DNA of 56,723 nt from Candidatus Babelota bacterium. GTDB lineage: Bacteria; Babelota; Babeliae; Babelales; UASB340. Below the pieces are notes generated by a model. That model was given only the letters and a program-made list of their open reading frames with translations. It made no database searches and was not told the DNA's origin. This document shows positions 16,042 to 22,046 of the stretch, in pieces (position 1 is the first letter of the stretch; each line of letters begins with the position of its first letter). The stretch spans positions 1 to 56,723 of the forward strand of contig JBHPBZ010000002.1 of NCBI GenBank assembly GCA_042576165.1. The letters are read 5' to 3'. Both the position numbers and the translations under genes were made by a program.

Positions 16042-16803
16042 ATGAAAAATTTTCTTAAAATCTTCTTAATATTTTTTTTATTAACTAATTTTATAGATCA
16101 AAACAAAATATTTGCTTACCCCCAAGATAAAGTAAAACAAGAGAACGGTACAACTTATATATACCCAAACAGCCACGCATATGTTGGTATTATTATTGGA
16201 GGAACATTAACCGTAATTGGTACAGGAATATTAATATATGACTACTTAAAATACAAAAAACAAAAAAATAACAATCGGTATTCAAGAAGTTATTTTAGTT
16301 GGATAAAAGAAAAAGCAACGACAGGAATTGCAGGAATTATTACAAGCTTAGCAGGTCTTATAACTTGTGGAGGGAGTTTTATATCACATAAAAATAGTAA
16401 ATATCCTTTTATTTGGTTAGATAACAATGAAATTAGGTACAATGGAAAAACAATGAAGTGGCAAGATCTTGGTGATATCGATACAAAAACTAAATTCAGA
16501 ACTTACAGAACAACAGAAACTCAATCTATTCCCACCCCTAGGGGAATAATTCATTCAATACATATCCCCAAAACACAAACCATTGCCAGAGACTATATAA
16601 TTTTTTTTCGTAAAACAAACCACCACCCTCTGACTTCTTTTAGTTGTGAAAACAATCACTTTGGCATACACCCAGCAGATAATCCCAACAACATTGCAAT
16701 CCCAATTGATAAATTACCAATTTCAAAAGAAGAATTTATGAATTTGGTAAAAAATTTCAAGCCAAGAAGAGATGGCCCATTTAATTTTATTCCCAGATTA
16801 TAA
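16042..16803 (+). CDS. membrane protein (signal peptide + 2 TM + C-terminal soluble region), unknown function
   Basis: 253-aa ORF. Hydrophobic segments: KIFLIFFLLTNFI, YVGIIIGGTLTVIGTGILIY and GIAGIITSLAGLITCGG. Confidence 0.55.
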   Translation: MKNFLKIFLIFFLLTNFIDQNKIFAYPQDKVKQENGTTYIYPNSHAYVGIIIGGTLTVIGTGILIYDYLKYKKQKNNNRYSRSYFSWIKEKATTGIAGIITSLAGLITCGGSFISHKNSKYPFIWLDNNEIRYNGKTMKWQDLGDIDTKTKFRTYRTTETQSIPTPRGIIHSIHIPKTQTIARDYIIFFRKTNHHPLTSFSCENNHFGIHPADNPNNIAIPIDKLPISKEEFMNLVKNFKPRRDGPFNFIPRL

Positions 16804-16838
16804 AAAAAGGTCCCGAGTTTTATCTCAGGACCTTTTTT
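16802..16838. terminator. bidirectional rho-independent terminator
   Basis: AAAAAAGGTCC(CGAG)...(CTCA)GGACCTTTTTT hairpin between convergent genes. Confidence 0.7.
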
Positions 16839-16852
16839 ATAACTTCAAAATA

Positions 16853-17860
16853 TCAAATTAATTCTGGCTTCAAGCTTTCATTTTCAATGAACTTAACTTC
16901 TGTAACAACCAGCTTCCCATCCACTCTACCAAAAACAGGTTGAATATCAAGATAATTGTATGCAAGACAGCTTGCACATCTTGCAAAATTAGAAAGTCCA
17001 TGAATAAAACAATCAAATTGATTAAATGCAAAAAAATCATATAATACGTTTGAATCATGGTTATTACCACTTGTTCTACAATCAAACTGAATATTATAAT
17101 CTTGAGTAAACTGTTTTTCAAAGCGTTCTTTTATTGATCTAGGATTAGAATCATCTGTAAAGATGTAAACATAAAGAGGAGTTCCCGCAAACATTTGATG
17201 AACTTTTTTAAGCTGATCAATATAATATTTTTCTTCCATAAATTTATCGGGAAAGAGCTCTCTTAAACGTCCCTCGCTACCCTCATACCTCCCTTTTCTT
17301 ACATGCACAGCAACAGAAATACGATCTTCAGGTAAATTCATTTTGGCAAATGCATTTTTAGGTGCAATAAATTTCCTTAACTCTTGAATAAAATCTTCAT
17401 CTTGCCAATCAATAGGATGTTTTCTTAAAAAGCCATTACTTTTGTAAAAATCCAGAACATATAGTACTTGTTTTTTTTGATCTTTATTTATAACAGTCTT
17501 CCCTGTAAGAGTAACTATATCAGTGTACTTTTTTTGCATCTTACTGCTAAATTTTTGTTCTTGTTCGTCCATGACAAGTTGATCTGAATATTGAAACGGC
17601 TTATAGAGTAAAATCATATTGTATTTATATGAAACCCATTTTGCCCTCATATATGCTAATAGATTATCGCCAAAACGACCGCCAGAAAAAGTATACGTTA
17701 CTGCATTGTGCTTACTTACTGTTTTCGAAGATATTGTTCCCAAACAATATATACAAAGAAAAAAAATAACAAAAAAACAAAACCTATTTTTTTTAACACT
17801 ATTAAATTGTTTTTTCATAGCAATCAGGTCTTTCTTTTTTCTGGCAATTTCATTTTGCAC
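16853..17860 (-). CDS. GT11-like (alpha-1,2-fucosyltransferase-like) glycosyltransferase with N-terminal signal anchor
   Basis: Three blocks parallel the GT11 motifs: SGGRFGDNLLAYMRA (GGLGNQMFQYA), HVRKGRY (HVRRGDY) and IFTDDSNP (FSDD). The N-terminal TM is FCFFVIFFLCIYCLG. Confidence 0.45.
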   Translation of the reverse strand: MQNEIARKKKDLIAMKKQFNSVKKNRFCFFVIFFLCIYCLGTISSKTVSKHNAVTYTFSGGRFGDNLLAYMRAKWVSYKYNMILLYKPFQYSDQLVMDEQEQKFSSKMQKKYTDIVTLTGKTVINKDQKKQVLYVLDFYKSNGFLRKHPIDWQDEDFIQELRKFIAPKNAFAKMNLPEDRISVAVHVRKGRYEGSEGRLRELFPDKFMEEKYYIDQLKKVHQMFAGTPLYVYIFTDDSNPRSIKERFEKQFTQDYNIQFDCRTSGNNHDSNVLYDFFAFNQFDCFIHGLSNFARCASCLAYNYLDIQPVFGRVDGKLVVTEVKFIENESLKPELI

Positions 17861-18030
17861 TTATAATATAAAACCACTCTAAATTCCCATTCCAACGTTT
17901 TTCTAGTTTTAATTTATCAGAATAATTTGTATAAAGAAATAGTTGCCACAATAATCTAATTAATTTTTTATTTGTTGTTTATCATATGGCTTCAAAATTA
18001 CGCATCGCTTTAACTTTGGGAGAAAGAAAT

Positions 18031-18114
18031 ATGAAAACTATTCTTATCGCTCGCGTAAACACAGAATAACAGAAAGAAGCGGGCAACTCGCTACGAGCTA
18101 CAAAAATCTTTTGA
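18031..18114 (+). pseudogene. remnant of a serine recombinase N-terminus
   Basis: A GGGAGAAAG RBS is followed by MKTILIARVNTE*QKEAGNSLRATKIF*. This resembles M..aiYaRVSTeeQ...G.SL..Q, but Asn replaces the catalytic Ser and there is an in-frame TAA. Confidence 0.35.
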
Positions 18115-18145
18115 TTTGATAGTAAAAAATGGGGATCGTAAACTA

Positions 18146-18253
18146 TGGCGGTACTTAGTTGACACATTCAGGAATGGTGAAATTGAATTTGAAGCAAAAT
18201 TAAACAATATAAAAACGCTATATTCAACATTTGGAATAGAATTAGAAATTTAG
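18146..18253 (+). repeat. decayed coding repeat, copy 3 (WRYLVDTFRNGEIEFEAKL... tail)
   Basis: The W-R-x-L-V-D-x-F-R-N peptide is shared with copies 1 and 2 and read in a + frame ending at TAG 18251. It lies directly downstream of the recombinase remnant. Confidence 0.5.
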
Positions 18254-18295
18254 TTTTTTTATATACCCCAAACCACTCTGTTTAAAATCATATCA

Positions 18296-18324
18296 TTGAC
18301 AACACGATTAAATGTTCTTACAAT
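18296..18324 (+). promoter_or_regulatory. consensus sigma-70-type promoter TTGACA-17 nt-TACAAT
   Basis: TTGACA at 18296..18301, an exact 17-nt spacer, TACAAT at 18319..18324. The site is enclosed by an 11-bp inverted repeat, CTCTGTTTAAA (18276..18286) / TTTAAACAGAG (18342..18352). Confidence 0.45.
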
Positions 18325-18360
18325 TTCACACAATGTATCAATTTAAACAGAGGAAGAGTA

Positions 18361-18483
18361 ATGAACATCATCATAAATTTTAGTAATCAATACCTGATTA
18401 CCAAACTAAAGCATTGGGGAATAAGTTATAATGATGTCTCCCTTTGTTATCAAACAAGTTTGCTTGCACTAAAAAACAAATAA
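18361..18483 (+). CDS. possible 40-codon small ORF downstream of the consensus promoter
   Basis: GAGGAAGAG RBS 2 nt before the ATG. Product MNIIINFSNQYLITKLKHWGISYNDVSLCYQTSLLALKNK. It is too short to validate by eye. Confidence 0.25.
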   Translation: MNIIINFSNQYLITKLKHWGISYNDVSLCYQTSLLALKNK

Positions 18484-18719
18484 TCTTTTTTAGACATCTC
18501 ACATCCTAATATTGTTCCCCTAATTTTATTTATAGGTTTTTTCATATAAACCTCTCATAGATGTAATGTATTATACTCATGTTCTTTATGTCTACAAAAA
18601 GGTAGCAAGATTAGTTCATAAGAAGATATAACATCTAAGATACTATTATCATGAATAAATACATTTAGGAGATTTTTTTGTATTTCTGTTTTAAAATTTT
18701 CTTGATTTTTATTTTTTAA

Positions 18720-19274
18720 TTATTTGGGCCATCCATCCGAATCTTCAAAAAGGCAATTATAAACTCTAACATCCTCTTTTCTAAGTTCTAAAGAAATCCC
18801 TTTCGTTTTTATTAATAATATTTCATCATCCAAAAAAGTTATATTTTTTGCTTGAAGGTGTTTTTTTAATTTATCACCGTATTTTGCATGTTTAGGTTTA
18901 AATGGAAGACAGCTACTAAATACTTTTACTTCTCCATCTACTAGTCTATATTGAAGATAATTAATAATTGAATATGGAGCTATAACTGAAATATGTGTTA
19001 ATAACAAGTCAGCATAACCTTTTTCCTTTAGATAAGCATCAAATTCATTTGAATAAAAGCTTGCATTTATTGGTGATAAATTTAAATACATTGTAAAACA
19101 AACCGAATAATTAAAATCTGTTTCATTATAAGAATACTTTTCTGGAAACCAATCATTAAATGATTTCACCCAAAACTTATTTGGTACATAGTTCCATATA
19201 GCATATTTACAATCTCCATGTTTATATATTTGTTCTATATCTAACATAACTTTGTTTTTAATATTATTATTCAT
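18720..19274 (-). CDS. immunity-like protein, cassette 2 (paralogue of 19976..20533)
   Basis: 184 aa, starting 12 nt after the toxin-like ORF. It shares long identical blocks with its paralogue (YKHGDCKYAIWNY, TDFNYSVCFTMYLNLSP, DVRVYNCLF). Confidence 0.6.
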   Translation of the reverse strand: MNNNIKNKVMLDIEQIYKHGDCKYAIWNYVPNKFWVKSFNDWFPEKYSYNETDFNYSVCFTMYLNLSPINASFYSNEFDAYLKEKGYADLLLTHISVIAPYSIINYLQYRLVDGEVKVFSSCLPFKPKHAKYGDKLKKHLQAKNITFLDDEILLIKTKGISLELRKEDVRVYNCLFEDSDGWPK

Positions 19275-19286
19275 TTTATCTCTCGC

Positions 19287-19568
19287 TTATTGAGAATAAT
19301 TTGGATATCCATGAATATATCCTTTTTCATCTATATGAACTTTTATTTTTAAATTTCCTTTAGTATATGTTTTCACAGTGGGATTTCCTGTAGGCTTACC
19401 CTTTAACCATCCTTCTTGTGTTAATTTTACACCATTTTCATTTGTAGGCCACAATGATTTTTTAGGGTTGAAATTATTATGCCCTGGAATGTGTTTACCT
19501 TGTTTTCCTGCATCAACAGGAGGAGCCCCTGGCACTTGACCAGAATCAACTATACCCTGATTTGGCAA
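19287..19568 (-). CDS. Ntox50-like polymorphic-toxin C-terminal domain, cassette 2 (orphan module)
   Basis: DAGKQGKHIPGHNNFNPKKS...KVHIDEKGYIHGYPNY. The start in the ORF track is a TTG. The frame stays open upstream to 19796 with no ATG, and further upstream there are in-frame TAA stops at 19797..19799 and 19923..19925. Confidence 0.55.
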   Translation of the reverse strand: MPNQGIVDSGQVPGAPPVDAGKQGKHIPGHNNFNPKKSLWPTNENGVKLTQEGWLKGKPTGNPTVKTYTKGNLKIKVHIDEKGYIHGYPNYSQ

Positions 19569-19975
19569 CTTATCATTATCTGATTGAAGTTGTTTAATTG
19601 TATTTTTTTTATTTTTTTTCTTGTTTAATTCTTTTCCATTTTTATCGCATTTTTCAATATCAGTTTTATCTGATTTTTTGTTATTATGTTTATCATTAGT
19701 AGGATTTTTTTGTATTTCCGCTTCAGACTTATCTTGATTTAGATTTAAATCATAAATAAAATAAATTTTATTTTCTTCAAGTCTGCGATCTACTCCTTAA
19801 TCAGAAAGTTCTGGAAAATTTTTAAAGAAATATAATCTGTCTAGATCTTCTCGAGTTGCTTTGCTTTTGCGAACTTTATCTTGAAGAAATTCAATATATT
19901 GTTGTCTAATATCTGCATTTCTTTAGTCTTGTGCAAGACTAATAAACAATGATTTACTAACTCTAAAATAATTAA

Positions 19976-20533
19976 TTATTTTGGCCAAGTATCAGAATCA
20001 TCAAAAAGACAATTATAAACTCTAACGTCTTTGGTTCTGTTTTCTAAACTTATTTCATCATCAACCTTGGCAAATAATATATCATCTTCCAAGCAAGTTA
20101 TACACCTGTCTTGAAGGTGTCTTTTTAATTTATTACCATATTTTGCATGTACAGGTTTAAATGGAGTATAACTATCAAATAATTTTGTATTATTATCTAT
20201 AAATCGATATTGAAGATATTTAACAACTGCATATGGGGCTACAACTGAAATATCTGCTAATAATAAGTCAAGAACGCCATTGGTTATTACATAATTCCTA
20301 AATTCTTTTGTGCCGATTTGATATTTTGTAGGAGATAAATTTAAATACATTGTAAAACAAACAGAATAATTAAAATCAGTTGCATTATAAGAATAGATAT
20401 CAGGAAACCAATCCTTAAATGGTTGAATCCAAAAACCTCTTGGAATATAATTCCATATTGCATATTTGCAATCTCCATGTTTATAGATCATTTCTACGTC
20501 TGAAATTACGGTAGTTTTTTTTGGGTCATTCAT
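19976..20533 (-). CDS. immunity-like protein, cassette 1
   Basis: 185 aa, with a GGAG RBS, starting 9 nt after the toxin-like ORF. Paralogue of 18720..19274. Confidence 0.6.
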   Translation of the reverse strand: MNDPKKTTVISDVEMIYKHGDCKYAIWNYIPRGFWIQPFKDWFPDIYSYNATDFNYSVCFTMYLNLSPTKYQIGTKEFRNYVITNGVLDLLLADISVVAPYAVVKYLQYRFIDNNTKLFDSYTPFKPVHAKYGNKLKRHLQDRCITCLEDDILFAKVDDEISLENRTKDVRVYNCLFDDSDTWPK

Positions 20534-20542
20534 TTTAATCTC

Positions 20543-20830
20543 CTATATTTTTAAAGGATAATTTGGATAACCATGAATACATCCTTGCTTGTCAATATGA
20601 ACTTTAATATCTAGATTATTCTTTGTATATGTTTTAACGGTAATTTTTTTTGTTGGCTCACCATTCATCCATGCTTCTTGTGTTAATTCTATACCATTTT
20701 CACCTGCAGGCCATAATGATTTTTTAGGGTTGCAATTATTATGACCTGGAATATGTTTACCTTGTTTTCCTGCATCAACAGGAGGAGCATCCGGTATTTT
20801 TCCCGCAGTAACTAATCCTTGATTTGGCAA
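20543..20830 (-). CDS. Ntox50-like polymorphic-toxin C-terminal domain, cassette 1
   Basis: DAGKQGKHIPGHNNCNPKKS...KVHIDKQGCIHGYPNY. 68 of 91 aligned residues are identical to cassette 2 by manual count. It begins at a TTG in a frame offset by one nucleotide from the upstream signal-peptide ORF. Confidence 0.55.
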   Translation of the reverse strand: MPNQGLVTAGKIPDAPPVDAGKQGKHIPGHNNCNPKKSLWPAGENGIELTQEAWMNGEPTKKITVKTYTKNNLDIKVHIDKQGCIHGYPNYPLKI

Positions 20831-21063
20831 TTTATCATTGGAGTTTTAACAAATTCAATACAAAATTTTTCATCATCAAGTTTTTTTAATTTCAAACCTA
20901 AAACTTCATCGCCAATTTTTAAGTTTTCTACACACTTATAATCGTTTATTGATTCTCCAGTTTTGATTAGAGTTCCCGTAATTATATTTGGAAAAATTGT
21001 GTTTAGATTTAAAAGAGTTAAAAATAATGTAAAAAAAATAAAATTTATTTTTTGGGTTTTCAT
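20812..21063 (-). CDS. signal peptide + short Hint-like stub (probable decayed N-terminus of the toxin gene)
   Basis: MKTQKINFIFFTLFLTLLNLN signal peptide, then GTLIKTGESINDYKCVENLKIGDEVLG, resembling the Hint pattern GT.V.t..G....i..l.vGD.Vl but lacking the first Cys. It overlaps the toxin ORF by 19 nt in another frame. Confidence 0.4.
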   Translation of the reverse strand: MKTQKINFIFFTLFLTLLNLNTIFPNIITGTLIKTGESINDYKCVENLKIGDEVLGLKLKKLDDEKFCIEFVKTPMINCQIKD

Positions 21064-21146
21064 TGAGTTCCAGACATTAAATATCTTTTTTATAGGAAAT
21101 ACTTTAACTATATTTAATTTTGTATCTTTGTAATTTAAAACAAAGG

Positions 21147-21497
21147 ATTTATGATAAAAAAATGAAAAGTGTTATTGAAAATGATATCATTCCTTACTTT
21201 AAAATGAATCAATATAGTAGAGGTATCTATGAAGGAACACATGGCATTATTACATGTGTGACAAAAAAAGTCTCATGGCTTGAGTTTTACAAGTGGCATA
21301 TCCTTATATGCTTACTTATCATTTTTCTTAGTCTTGCAACCATTTCTTGTTTTCGATCAGGCAAAAAAAGTTGGGGGTGGGTATTATTTACATTAATAGG
21401 CCTTCTTTTTATTTTTCTATGGAAAATAGGTGGTAGATCATCAGATAATTTTGGAGGAGGCTCGTCATCTGGTGGTGGAGCAAGCGGTAAATGGTAA
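21147..21497 (+). pseudogene. duplicated 3' fragment of the TPM-domain gene (direct repeat of 12434..12784)
   Basis: The translated tail YDKKMKSVIENDIIPYFKMNQYSRG...GGGSSSGGGASGKW differs from residues of 11993..12784 at 9 of 115 positions by manual count. There is no TPM domain upstream. Confidence 0.85.
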
Positions 21498-21652
21498 AAT
21501 TGTTTAGGTTTTCTTATAATGCAGTATAAATAACTATATGAAGAAATATACAGTCGGAAAAGATTCTAGGCTCTTGTTGTTTTAGATTAATTTTTCTATA
21601 AAGAGTTTCCTTTTTGCGAAGATGGCTTGCCATCCGTAGCTTTAGCGTAGGA

Positions 21653-21730
21653 TGGCGGGGCTAACGAGACTCGAACTCGCGACCTTTCGCGTGACAGGCG
21701 AACGCTCTAACCAAACTGAGCTATAGCCCC
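21653..21730 (-). tRNA. tRNA-Asp (GTC)
   Basis: The reverse complement GGGGCTATAGCTCAGTTTGGTTAGAGCGTTCGCCTGTCACGCGAAAGGTCGCGAGTTCGAGTCTCGTTAGCCCCGCCA folds as a cloverleaf. Anticodon loop CTGTCAC. CCA is encoded. Confidence 0.93.
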
Positions 21731-21741
21731 CTAAAATCTTA

Positions 21742-21817
21742 TGGCTCCCCGGGCAGGACTCGAACCTGCGACCGAACGATTAACAGTCGTTTGCTCTACC
21801 AACTGAGCTACCGAGGA
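21742..21817 (-). tRNA. tRNA-Asn (GTT)
   Basis: Reverse complement TCCTCGGTAGCTCAGTTGGTAGAGCAAACGACTGTTAATCGTTCGGTCGCAGGTTCGAGTCCTGCCCGGGGAGCCA. Anticodon loop CTGTTAA. CCA is encoded. Confidence 0.93.
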
Positions 21818-21894
21818 ACATAATTGCAAGATACCAATTAGTAAAGTATCAAAGCAAATAAATATTTCAATAATTTTTTCGACGTAAGTTTTAA

Positions 21895-21971
21895 TGGTGG
21901 GCGAAGCAGGATTCGAACCTGCGACCCCCTGCTTGTAAGGCAGGTGCTCTAACCAACTGAGCTATTCGCCC
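21895..21971 (-). tRNA. tRNA-Val (TAC)
   Basis: Reverse complement GGGCGAATAGCTCAGTTGGTTAGAGCACCTGCCTTACAAGCAGGGGGTCGCAGGTTCGAATCCTGCTTCGCCCACCA. Anticodon loop CTTACAA. CCA is encoded. Confidence 0.93.
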
Positions 21972-22046
21972 ATTTCAAAAACCTACAATTTCAATCGGAC
22001 AACTAGATATTAAATGAAAAAACAATACAAGTCAAAACTTTTTGGT

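Noticed and set aside
17982-18167. 61-aa minus-strand ORF
   Set aside because: It lies opposite the recombinase-like remnant and repeat copy 3. The conserved peptide and the synonymous-change pattern support the plus-strand frames instead.
19797-19925. In-frame TAA codons upstream of toxin domain 2 as evidence of stop-codon reassignment
   Set aside because: TAA terminates many well-supported genes in this window at the expected protein lengths, including prfA, ftsA and ftsZ. Decay is the simpler explanation.
21621-21660. GATGGC/GCCATC short repeats and a small hairpin just 3' of tRNA-Asp, considered as a possible att-site duplicate of the tRNA end
   Set aside because: Only ~6 nt are shared with the tRNA 3' end, which is far too short to distinguish from chance. 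The 351-bp TPM-gene duplication is the better junction candidate.
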